NCBI GenBank assembly: GCA_964016885.1
Contig: OZ024764.1
Location: 23,374,001-23,438,000 of the forward strand
Source: Eledone cirrhosa
Taxonomy: Eukaryota
DNA length: 64,000 bases
Reading direction: 5' to 3'
A model generated the notes under the pieces. It was given only the letters and a program-made list of their open reading frames with translations, had not been told where the DNA came from and ran no database searches. Position numbers and translations under genes: made by a program. Shown here piece by piece: positions 12,700-25,210 of this stretch; within the stretch, counting starts at the first letter, position 1; every line of letters starts with the position of its first letter.

Positions 12700-14620
12700 G
12701 TATTTCTAGCGTTTTTATTTTCCTTCTCTTTGCATGTTCAGTGCTCTTTCTCTCCCACTGTATTTATCTGCCTCTCACATGACCACACTCCTCTCTACGT
12801 ACTCATCATCTTCTCACTCCTTCTCCACCTTCCAACGCTGGCCCTCTACTGCCGGCTGTTGCCAGCCCGCCACCTGATTGCGCCATCTGTGCCCGCACTA
12901 ACCAGTACTTAAAGACAATTTAAATGTCACCTATGCCACACAAGCTACCACAGAAGCATGTGTCAGCATCACCAAAGCTCAAGCCGAAAGGCTTCAACAC
13001 TGGACCTGTCATCGGTGCCACTTCAGCTCCGTCTATTCCGTGGTTTTGACCAACACTCTACCGACGACTTTGCCACAGCCCCCCAGGGCTTCTCCAAATC
13101 AAAGCTCCTTAGGAGCCCCGATCACAGACCTGGCCTTCGAGTCAACCATCCAATCGAAGATGGTTGGCCTTGAGCAGCTGCTGAGGAATATTGAAGATAT
13201 CGAACCCCATCAAAGTTTCTTCTTACTCAGGAACTACCTGTCTATTCCTAAGCTTCTGTATCTGCTCAGGGTCAGCCCCTCTCACAGATTTCCATCCTGC
13301 CTCCAACGCTTCGACGACCTAATCTTCGAGAGACTCGAGTGTCTGGTCAATGTTAGTAAGTGTTCGTCCCTCTCTCTCCCCTGCTTCCTTTCCTCCACCC
13401 AAGCTTGCAGCATCCTCTCCTCTCCAACATGGACTAGTTCCAACAGGGAGTTGTGTGAAGCTCTCCAGCAATGAAGTGAGTTGGGCTTGTCTCTTCCTGA
13501 GAAGGTGGAGGACAGTCGAAGTCAGTAGAACTTGGGACGGGATACGTTGGAATGCCACCTTCGACTCCCTCTTCGTCCTCTCAGATCAGTTTACAAGGTG
13601 CCGCTTACCATCTGCCAGCGCCAAATACTCCGGTGACTGGGTCGATGCCTTACCCGTGGCCAACGTTGGAGGCCTACTCAGCCTGGATGAACTTCGTGTC
13701 TCCATCACCCTCAGAGTGGGAGCTGACGTCTGCATGGGTTTGAGATGTTGCTAACTCCTCGACTCCACAGGCCTCCACGGTCTTTCTTGCTGCCTGAATG
13801 CCGGCCACTTCAGCCGTCACACGGAGCTAAACTTTATTCTGAAGAGAGCTTTGGCCCGGGCAAACATCTCCTCAGTCTTGGAACCATCTTGGTTGTCCAG
13901 AAGTGACGGCAAAAGACCTGACGGCCTTACCCTGTGCCCCTGGTCGAGAGGCAGGTGCTTAATCTGGGACGTCACTGTTAGTGACTCCTTTGCTCTTTCC
14001 CACATCCTTGATGCTGCGGTAAGGACGAGAGCCACAGCTTCGGCAGACAAGCGGAGTAAGACCCTCAAATACTCTGATCTGTCGGCCAGCTACATTTTTC
14101 AGCCTGTGGCTTTCGAGACGTTTGGGGGAGTCGGGCCGCTGACTGCGAGGTTCCTTTCCTCACTGGCGGCTCGCCTCATAGAGGTAACTGGCGAAATCGC
14201 GAGGGCGCTTGGCTGTTCCAGCACCTCAACCTCGCCATCACCCGAGGTAACACTGCCAGTGTGCTGGCTTGCCTCAAAACTCATTAGAGAGGTTTCCCAG
14301 TACCCCTCGTTGCTGTCTTTTGCTCTGGTGTTGGCTCCGTTGTCCACCCCTTCCTTTACATTTTCTTTAATATTGCAACATTGAAGGAATTTATCTTTCA
14401 TTGTATCATCCTTTATAGTGTTACCGAGGCATTTGTAATGTTATTTATATATTTAAAACATATTTCTTATGTTATTCTACTGTAAATTTATTTATATGCT
14501 CTGTTTATATATTCATTCTGAAGTAACTTATCCACTTGTGTTGATATAAGTGATTCTATGACTTTCCTCTAAGCATTGTGTCATTATATATGTTATTATA
14601 AACGTGAATAAATTGAATTT
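12700..14620 (+). mobile_element. Internally deleted non-LTR retrotransposon with restriction-like endonuclease (CRE clade-like)
   Basis: ORF 13851-14384 GKRPDGLTLCPWSRGRCLIWDVT...KY..L...YIFQPVAFETFG is a PD-(D/E)xK RLE; upstream GLHGLSC..RH zinc-knuckle relic; RT core absent; ends approximate. Confidence 0.8.
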
Positions 14621-14694
14621 ATAGTGTGATAATAACCCTAGGGGTTAACTACACACTTTGAGGCAAGCCAACACACTGGCAGCATTACAACGGG

Positions 14695-14860
14695 TGATGG
14701 TGAGGCTAAGGTGCTTAAATAACCAGGTACCCTCACGGGTATCACCTGACGCCTCTATAAGGTGAGGCTAAGGTGCTGAGATAACCAGGTACTCTTACGG
14801 ATATCACCTGACACCTCAGTAAGGTGAGGCTACGGTGCTGAAATAACCAGGTACCCTCAC
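14695..14860. repeat. ~62-bp tandem repeat (~3 units) derived from an RLE-element 3' end; also 49035-49200
   Basis: ggtgaggctaaggtgct...ataaccaggtaccctcacgg at 14700, 14761 and 14823. Confidence 0.8.
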
Positions 14861-15220
14861 GGAAACGACTAGATTTGTAGAAAAAGTAGGGTGAAAGTAT
14901 ACAAAGAGATGTAGTTTCACAGATCTACTCACACCTCACGTTGGGTGAGAATAATTATTTTTCTTAGAATTCTTGCTATACCCCTTTTCCAGTATTTTTT
15001 CTCTGGACCCCTTAGATACTTGCGATAGACGTTTTATTTCCCAGTATTAGGATTAGGGTTTCCGTTTTCAGGAAGAAAAGTCGATTGCAAACATCTAAGA
15101 GTTCGAGCAATAAAATTAAGGAAAGATAATTATTTCCCAGCCAACTGGAGAAGTGTGTAGCTCTTCTAAACTCCGATAATCCTGTCTCCCACTTCTTTAT
15201 CTACAAATCTAGTTGTTTCC
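14861..15220. mobile_element. MITE-like element with ~21-bp TIRs (also 49202-49561)
   Basis: ggaaacgactagatttgtaga ... tctacaaatctagt(t/c)gtttcc plus sub-terminal inverted segments; no TSD seen. Confidence 0.7.
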
Positions 15221-15239
15221 TGCTACTTTGTTCCCTGGG

Positions 15240-15620
15240 GTATGCCTTAGTATTTGACACTATCTATCTCTCTTACTGCCTAATTAGCAAGAAGTAAATC
15301 TGTCTCATGTGTTCACCTGATTGGTAGGTTATTAGGTGGTTGGTAGGTTTCTTGAAGTGTTGCAAATGGTTAGTTCACTTGCATCACAAAATACAAGAAG
15401 CCTCACTCCTTCATTTCTTGAGCCATAACCATGACCACCATGTACCCCAGTGTATCCATCCTGGAGCTGTCCAACATGACCATGGTAGTCCCCTGCTATT
15501 CTAACTAGGTCTCTGTCCTCTGACATTAAGGTTATCTCTACTTATTCCTTTTCTACATATGGAGCAGGGCCACTTTCCTGAATGGGTCAGGGTCTTCTCT
15601 CCTATCCATTACCACTTTAG
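15240..15620 (-). mobile_element. RTE-clade LINE endonuclease fragment
   Basis: ORF 15332-15526 GDYHGHVG...GVHGGHGYGSRNEG.RLL.FCDA.EL.ICNT, typical of an RTE APE domain. Confidence 0.8.
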
Positions 15621-15804
15621 CTATTGCATAGCACTCAGCAACGAGTTCTGCGCATTCCTTGATTGGTCACTTATACTTATGTTAAGGTATTGTTCTCAAT
15701 ATAAATAACATGAAAATCTCATAGATTTGATATTATGAGAGATAAAGCATTTACTGTGAAAATATAATAGTAAATATAAAGTAATGTGAATACTAAAGGG
15801 TTAA

Positions 15805-18326
15805 TCTAATGTCACTAATAACTACTTTTATCAGTCAGTATAATCTAATGTCACTAATAACTACTTTTATCAGTCAGTATAATCTAATGTCACTAATAAC
15901 TACTTTTATCAGTCAGTATAATCTAATGTCACTAATAACTACTTTTATCTGTCAGTATAATCTAATCTCACTAATAACTACTTTTATCTGTCAGTATAAT
16001 CTAATGTCACTAATAACTACTTTTATCAGTCAGTATAATCTAATGTCACTAATAACTACTTTTATCAGTCAGTATAATCTACTGCCACTAATAACTACTT
16101 TTATCAGTCAGTTTAATCTAATGTCACTAATAACTACTTTTATCAGTCAGTATAATCTAATCTCACTAATAACTACTTTTATCTGTCAGTATAATCTAAT
16201 GTCACTAATAACTACTTTTATCAGTCAGTTTAATCTAATGTCACTAATAACTACTTTTATCAGTCAGTTTAATCTAATATCACTAATAACTACTTTTATC
16301 AGTCAGTATAATCTAATGCCACTAATAACTACTTTTATCAGTCAGTTTAATCTAATGTCACTAATAACTACTTTTATCAGTCAGTTTAATCTAATGTCAC
16401 TAATAACTACTTTTATCAGTCAGTTTAATCTAATATCACTAATAACTACTTTTATCAGTCAGTATAATCTAATGTCACTAATAACTACTTTTATCTGTCA
16501 GTATAATCTAATCTCACTAATAACTACTTTTATCTGTCAGTATAATCTAATGTCACTAATAACTACTTTTATCAGTCAGTATAATCTAATGTCACTAATA
16601 ACTACTTTTATCAGTCAGTATAATCTACTGCCACTAATAACTACTTTTATCAGTCAGTTTAATCTAATGTCACTAATAACTACTTTTATCAGTCAGTATA
16701 ATCTAATCTCACTAATAACTACTTTTATCTGTCAGTATAATCTAATGTCACTAATAACTACTTTTATCAGTCAGTTTAATCTAATGTCACTAATAACTAC
16801 TTTTATCAGTCAGTTTAATCTAATATCACTAATAACTACTTTTATCAGTCAGTATAATCTAATGCCACTAATAACTACTTTTATCAGTCAGTTTAATCTA
16901 ATGTCACTAATAACTACTTTTATCAGTCAGTTTAATCTAATGTCACTAATAACTACTTTTATCAGTCAGTTTAATCTAATATCACTAATAACTACTTTTA
17001 TCAGTCAGTATAATCTAATGCCACTAATAACTACTTTTATCAGTCAGTTTAATCTAATGTCACTAATAACTACTTTTATCAGTCAGTTTAATCTAATGTC
17101 ACTAATAACTACTTTTATCAGTCAGTTTAATCTAATATCACTAATAACTACTTTTATCAGTCAGTATAATCTAATGCCACTAATAACTACTTTTATCAGT
17201 CAGTTTAATCTAATGCCACTAATAACTACTTTTATCAGTCAGTTTAATCTAATGTCACTAATAACTACTTTTATCAGTCAGTTTAATCTAATATCACTAA
17301 TAACTACTTTTATCAGTCAGTATAATCTAATGTCACTAATAACTACTTTTATCAGTCAGTTTAATCTAATATCACTAATAACTACTTTTATCAGTCAGTA
17401 TAATCTAATGTCACTAATAACTACTTTTATCTGTCAGTATAATCTAATCTCACTAATAACTACTTTTATCAGTCAGTATAATCTAATGCCACTAATAACT
17501 ACTTTTATCAGTCAGTTTAATCTAATGTCACTAATAACTACTTTTATCAGTCAGTTTAATCTAATGTCACTAATAACTACTTTTATCAGTCAGTATAATC
17601 TAATGTCACTAATAACTACTTTTATCAGTCAGTTTAATCTAATGTCACTAATAACTGCTTTTATCAGTCAGTATAATCTAATGTCACTAATAACTACTTT
17701 TATCAGTCAGTTTAATCTAATGTCACTAATAACTACTTTTATCAGTCAGTATAATCTAATGTCACTAATAACTACTTTTATCAGTCAGTTTAATCTAATG
17801 TCACTAATAACTACTTTTATCAGTCAGTATAATCTAATGTCACTAATAACTACTTTTATCAGTCAGTATAATCTAATGTCACTAATAACTACTTTTATCA
17901 GTCAGTATAATCTAATGTCACTAATAACTACTTTTATCAGTCAGTATAATCTAATGTCACTAATAACTACTTTTATCAGTCAGTATAATCTAAAGTCACT
18001 AATAACTACTTTTATTAGTCAGTTTAATCTAATGTCACTAATAACTACTTTTATCAGTCAGTATAATCTAATGTCACTAATAACTACTTTTATCAGTCAG
18101 TATAATCTAAAGTCACTAATAACTACTTTTATTAGTCAGTTTAATCTAATGTCACTAATAACTACTTTTATCAGTCAGTTTAATCTAATCTCACTAATAA
18201 CTACTTTTATTAGTCAGTTTAATATAATGTCACTAATAACTACTTTTATCAGTCAGTTTAATCTAATGTCACTAATAACTACTTTTATCAGTCAGTATAA
18301 TCTACTACCACTAATAACTAACCTAT
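15805..18326 (+). repeat. 39-bp satellite array 1 (~65 units)
   Basis: Unit tctaatgtcactaataactacttttatcagtcagtataa; produces the 840-aa MSLITTFISQYNL repeat ORF. Confidence 0.98.
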
Positions 18327-18447
18327 GTTAGGCAGCACATTCTTCACCAAAGAAGGCCTTAGTATTTATTACAGCCCATTTATCAATATAGAAATATTAT
18401 ATGAAATTTGTACTGATGTATTACAAGTTTCTGAGTATCTTATAATG

Positions 18448-18465
18448 TTCTTTTCTTATTTCAGA
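18448..18465 (+). promoter_or_regulatory. Putative splice acceptor of the ZNF exon (equivalents end at 35600 and 54244)
   Basis: ttcttttcttatttcAG|aatacc, pyrimidine tract plus AG, conserved in three cassettes. Confidence 0.55.
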
Positions 18466-19265
18466 ATACCAGAGGACATTGACATTAAAGAGCACGTTAC
18501 ATCAGACATGTCCTCAACATTAACCATTTCTAATGAAAGACACTACCCATCATTTTCAAATAATTTTGAAAACACTCAACACTTTGAAGGGATTTAATAA
18601 TATCACTAAATTTTTCAGTATTAAGCTGCTATTTGGGACATAACTTTGCCCAATCTCATGAAGTTACAATGGAAAGTTTTTAGATAAATATAAAGACTGG
18701 TATGAAAAGGATAAAACACTTTTATATCAGTTGTTTCATCAACAATATTATTTAAAGATTAAAGGAAGCTGTTATACAGTACAGATACAACCTTGTTTAT
18801 ATAAATCTATGGGAGAAATACTGTGAAATATTTCTTGTAAACTCAATAACCCTTCTATTCTTTGCTGTCTGGAATATGTAGAAGATACAAAATAAAGCAG
18901 AAGAAATTTACACATGATTTTGTAAGATCTTCATATATTGACAAAGATGATAGTTGATGGAACTACAGGAGTAGAAATATTTCCATTATTACAGGAATAA
19001 CTAATCAAATGAAAACTAGAAAAATTAGATTCTTCACTGTCTAGAATATGTACAAGATGATTTTATATGTATATTAAACTTGAAGACATCAACAAAACAG
19101 TTTGTATCATCTTTAAATATAAAGAAAGACCAAGTTGATGGAAATATATATCTGGAGGAATATGTTTTAGGAATAATATTATAAACATAAAGAAGAAAAA
19201 TATCCATATATTGCGAGGAGAAAAATATTAAAACTGTGAATTATGTGAGAAACTGAGGTAATTGA

Positions 19266-20315
<1,050 letters not shown>

Positions 20316-20889
20316 CTGTATCAATATCAAACTCATTACATCATACTACAACAACAACAACAACAATTGTGTAGATCCATCATCCTTGCTAAAACTGGGG
20401 ATAACCTTGTAGGTTTTACCTATGACAGGGATCATAAACACCAGGTTTCCATTTTTGAAGCAGTGTTTGAAGATTTTGTGTAAATTAAAGTTTTTCACAT
20501 TAAACTTTGATTTATTATACTTTAACAGGTAAGATATATATTTGTATTTTTAGTAAAGTTGGGAACTTCTGTAATTTAAACCTGCCAATAAAATGAAAAC
20601 TTTTGTTGTTGCTAGTCTGACATTGATATTAATTCTATTGTCCTGTACATTGTCTCAAATATCACAGATTAAACAGATTTTAACAATTTTAACAGGTCTT
20701 TTAGATTTCAACTTCTATCTACTGTACTATTCCATCACCAAGGCAACATTCATCTGGCTGGCAGCTTACATCAGCTACAGATCTCATCAGTGGTTCACAA
20801 CAGGCTGTCTGAAAGAAACTTCCAGATATCTTCTATGTCATAGCTATCAATCTCCTCCTCCTTATCATATGTATCATGTAGAACATCTC

Positions 20890-21060
20890 TGAATTTATAT
20901 TTAACAGGGAGATGTTTTACTGTCCCTACCCTTTTCTCTAGGTTGTCTTGTACCTCTCTCACAGTCCCTCTAGATCTTATATTTAACAGGGAGATCTTTT
21001 ACTCTCCAACCCTTCTATCTCCAGATAGTCTTGTATCTGTCAGTCCCTCTAGATATTACA
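20890..21060. repeat. 82-bp minisatellite (~2 units)
   Basis: tcttatatttaacagggagatcttttact...ttttctctaggttgtcttgtacctctctcacagtccctctaga. Confidence 0.8.
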
Positions 21061-21279
21061 CCTAGTATCTAGTCTATGTTGAGTGGTACGTCCTTCTCCA
21101 GTAAAGGAGTTAATATTCCCAACCATCTGTCTATCCTGTTTTCTGATGAGAATGAAGTCAATCTAGTTTATCTCTTCACCTGATTGAAGTAACTAGATCA
21201 AGTAACTAGGTGTTTTCCTGTAAGTTAGTGTTGCAGTGTTTGTGTCACCATGTAAGGTTTATATCTATTAATATAGAGA

Positions 21280-21705
21280 TGTAGTAAAGTTTTCACTGTT
21301 GTATCTCTATTTTCTAAATATCTTAATAATGTTTCTCTACTATTTCAGAATATCACATGACCTTGACAGAAAAGAGTCTTTTAAAGACAACAGAAAGATG
21401 TTACATTCAAGTGATATAAACTTGTTTAGTCTGTGGTGAATTATGGTGAAATATTTCTTCTGAATTGAGATAAATAACAACATTTTCCTTTTACACTGTG
21501 GAATATTTACAAGATGATTTTACGTTCTGATTAAACTTTGGATATTTACAAAGGAGTTTTCAAAATATTTGGATATTGACAAAGATGACATTTGATAAAA
21601 TTATGAACAATAGAAATATTTACATCAACATAGGAATATTTTCCAGAAGAGGTGGGAAAATCATTATACCACTAATATTTGTGGTAAAGTATTCTCTCTT
21701 CTTTA
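21280..21705 (+). pseudogene. Decayed ZNF exon relic
   Basis: Acceptor region resembles 18390-18470; contains tcattataccac-taatatttgtggtaaagtattctct, a broken YHCNICGKVFS half-finger. Confidence 0.55.
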
Positions 21706-22314
21706 TATGTAGAACATCTAACTAAACACTTGAACTAACAAACTATTGTGCTATAGAATTGACAAACTTGAGCAATGTTTAATAAATGTTACAGATTTCT
21801 CCAAACTGTCGTTTACTAACTTTAATTTGAAGCTATGTTATCTATATACTACTAAAACTCTGTGATTGTGTCTTGTCTGTAATACAGCTAAAACAGTGCA
21901 TAATGGGGAAATACTTTGAAAAGAATAAAACAAGTTTTGTATAAATTGGGGCACAGGTTCCCAAGAGACGGGGTTTTCTGGGTACCTTCATAAATATAGG
22001 GAGAGAAAGAGATAGTGGTTGTGAGAGAAGATATTTCAGTAAGAAGGTTCACATCCTGACATCTATAGCTGTTAACAAGGAGGTTGGAATTCATTATTAA
22101 ACAAATGTTATACCATCATCACTGTTTTACATCAGTTTTTCCACGCTGGCATGGGTTAGACGAGTTATCCTGTTGTAAGCAATGCCAGGTCAGGTGACCA
22201 CGTGTTGCTCCTACAGAACCAATTTTGGTTTGGTTTCTACAGCTGGATGACCTTCCTAGCACCAACCTTATTTACATTGATTACTGGGTGCTTTTTACTA
22301 TCTCACCAACTCGA

Positions 22315-23010
22315 CCACTTCACAGTGTGGGCTGGGTACTTTTTTACTTTTTGTCATGACACCTACATGACCACTTTACAGTGAGTACTGGGTACTTTTT
22401 GTTGTGACACCTACATGACCACTTTACAGTGAGTACTGGGTACTTTTTGTTGTGACACCTACATGAACACTTTACAGTGTCAATTGGGTACTTTTTGTCG
22501 TGACACCGACATGACCACTTCACAGTGTGGATTGGGTACTTTTTGCCATGACACCTACATGACCACTTTACAGTGTGGACTGGGTACTTTTTGTCATGAC
22601 ACCTATGTGACCACTTTACAGTGTGGACTGGGTACTTTTTGTTGTGACACCTACATGAACACTTTACAGTGTCAATTGGGTACTTTTTGTCGCAACACCG
22701 ACATGACCACTTTACAGTGTGGATTGGGTACTTTTTGCCATGACACCTACATGACCACTTTACAGTGAGTACTGGGTACTTTTTATTGTGACACCTACAT
22801 GACCACTTTACCGGGTGGACTGGGTACTTTTTGTTGTCACACTTACATGACCACTTTACAGTGTGGACTGGGTACTTTTTGTCATGACACCTATGTGACC
22901 ACTTTACAGTGTGGACTGGGTACTTTTTGTTGTGACACCTACATGACCACTTTACAGTGTGGACTGGCTACTTTTTGTCATGACACCTACACAACCTCTT
23001 TATAGTGTTG
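22315..23010. repeat. 48-bp minisatellite
   Basis: atgaccactttacagtgtggactgggtactttttgttgtgacacctac repeated ~14 times. Confidence 0.92.
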
Positions 23011-23104
23011 GCAGCGAAATCTAATGCACCAGCTTCAGTAATCAGAAGATACATAATATACATATATACACACACACACACAAACAAAAATATATATATA
23101 TATT

Positions 23105-25178
23105 CAGTGGTACCTTGACTTACAAGTGTCCCAACTAATAAGTTTTTCGAGATACGAGCCCTCTCTCGGCTGATTTTTTGCGTTGAGTTCCAGAGTAAAA
23201 TTCGGGTTACGAGTCAGCTTCAGATGCCCCACCACGAGTTGCCATAGTGACCGCCACAGGCAATACCGTAATACCCGCCCAGCATCCCATGGCTTCGAAG
23301 AAAGTGAGACGAAGGACAGTTCTGAGAAGAAGAAGCAGATGATGTGTATTGAATTAAAGAAAGAAATTATAGAAAAACATGACCAAGGTGTGTGTGTAGT
23401 GGACTTGGTGAAGTAGTACGAGGGTAGCACTTCTACGATATGTACCATACTGAAGTAGAAGGACTTGATAAAGGCTATAACCCCAGCTAAGGGTGGTAAA
23501 ATAATTTCTAAACAGCGGACATCTATCCATGAAAATGTGGAAAAGCTGCTGATGGTGTGGTTGAAGGAGAAGCAGCTCGCAAGAGATACTGTGATGAAGA
23601 TTATAATATGTGAGAAGGCACGAGCTATTTACGCTGATTTGCTGCAGCAGACCCCAAGTACTTCTACGGACGAGGCATCGGCAAGCCCTTTAATGCCAGT
23701 CAGTCGGGGTTGGTTTGAGAATTTTAAAAAGAGGACCGGCATTCACTCCGTTGTCAGGAATGGTGAGGCAGCGAGCGCGGATATGAAGGCAGCTGAGGAT
23801 TACCTCAAAACCTTTGCCGGAATTATAGCAGCCAAAGGATACATCCCTCAGCAAGTCTTTAACTGTGATGAAACAGGACTTTTTTGGAAGAAGATGCCAA
23901 GGAGGACTTATATAACGGCAGAGGAGAAGAGGATGCCTGGCCACAAACCCATGAAGGATAGGCTAACCCTCGCACTGTGTGCCACTGAGCGGCGAGTGTA
24001 AGATTAAGTTGCCACTCGTTTATCATTCAGAAAACTCCAGAACCTTTAAGTCACATAAGATTCTGAAAGAAAAACTGCAGGTTATGTGGAGGGAAAACCC
24101 GAGGTCATGGGTCACCAGGTAGTTCTTTGTGGAGTGGGTGAATTTGGTCTTTGGTCCTGACGTTAAAAAATATCTCCAGGAAAATAACCTACCCCTGTAA
24201 ACCCTTCTTGTCCTACATAATGCACCTGCTCACTCACCCACCCTCGAAGAGTTCAAGTTTATAAAGGTCCTCTACCTTCCACCAAACACCACCCCTATCC
24301 TACAGCCCAAGGACCAGCAGGTTCTTTCTAATTTCAAGAAGCTCTTCACCAAGCACCTGTTCAGTCGCTGCTTTGAAGTGACGGGGAGCACAAACTTCAC
24401 CCTTGAGAGGTCTGGAAGGACCATTATAACATCGTGATATGCCTCAGAATTATCGATATGACATGGCAGAGTCTTACAAAGAGGACCTTGACCTCTACAT
24501 GGAAGAAGCTGTGGCCTGAAGTTGTGTCTAAAACAGACTTTGAAAGACTCGAACCCGAAGCGGCAGTGGTGGAGGAGATTGTACCCCTCGGTAAGTCCAT
24601 GGGCCTGGACATGGATGAAGGTGACATCAACGAGCTCATCGAGGAGCACCCCGAGGAACTGACAACGAAGGAATTAAAGGAGCTACAGACACAGCAACAC
24701 ACGGAGTTTTTGCAGGAAATAGGTGACACAGAGGAGGTTATCTCAACAAGTGAGATGAAACAAACCTCATTAGACAGGTTTTTATCGAAAATCCCTGCAG
24801 ATAAAAGTGAGGAAAGCGTGGCGAAAAGGGGCAAAAATCAGCGAATAAGATTCAGTTATTCAGTTCATCCTTTCTCCTCCGTCAACATCCTCAAGTCGTC
24901 TGATCTCCAAGATAGATGCTGTACACTATACTTAATAAAACCAGTTTATTGTAGTACATTCTATTGTATTGTATTTTTATATACAATATTTGTCATTTAT
25001 AAGTACATTTTTCTTATTTAAAAACACGTAACAAAACAAACTGTGGTTTTTTGGGGGTCTGGAACGGATTAACGGCATTTTATTTTATTTCAGTGGGGAA
25101 AATTGATTTGAAATACGAGTAATTTAAGTTACGAGGTCCTCCACGGAACAAATTAAACTCGTAAGTCAAGGTACCACA

Positions 25179-25179
<1 letters not shown>
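23105..25179 (+). mobile_element. Tigger/pogo DNA transposon, pseudogenised
   Basis: TIRs cagtggtaccttgacttacaag / ctcgtaagtcaaggtaccacag; ORFs 23465-24001 and 24434-25021. Confidence 0.93.

Positions 25180-25210
<31 letters not shown>

Noticed and set aside
15805-15900. 39-mer derived from zinc-finger coding sequence (SQ.N.L..TT resemblance)
   Set aside because: Similarity is limited to short AT-rich words; no Cys/His or linker trace
15805-18326. 39-bp arrays as CRISPR arrays
   Set aside because: Units are contiguous with no unique spacers, there are no cas genes, and the context is eukaryotic
15809-18331. 840/801/652-aa ORFs as annotated CDS
   Set aside because: Fully explained by a 39-bp period with one open frame, and probably intronic; kept only as a finding
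18325-18597. Short ORFs between the satellite and the ZNF ATG (also 35497-35733, 35998-36213, 54105-54377, 54642-54857) as coding exons
   Set aside because: Mostly non-ATG starts, some span the predicted acceptor, and one frame is broken by stops in cassette 1; no recognisable domain
22463-23005. Cys-rich ORFs (MTTLQCGLGTFCHDTY)n as keratin-associated or metallothionein-like proteins
   Set aside because: They are translations of the 48-bp SINE-derived minisatellite, and stops occur in several units
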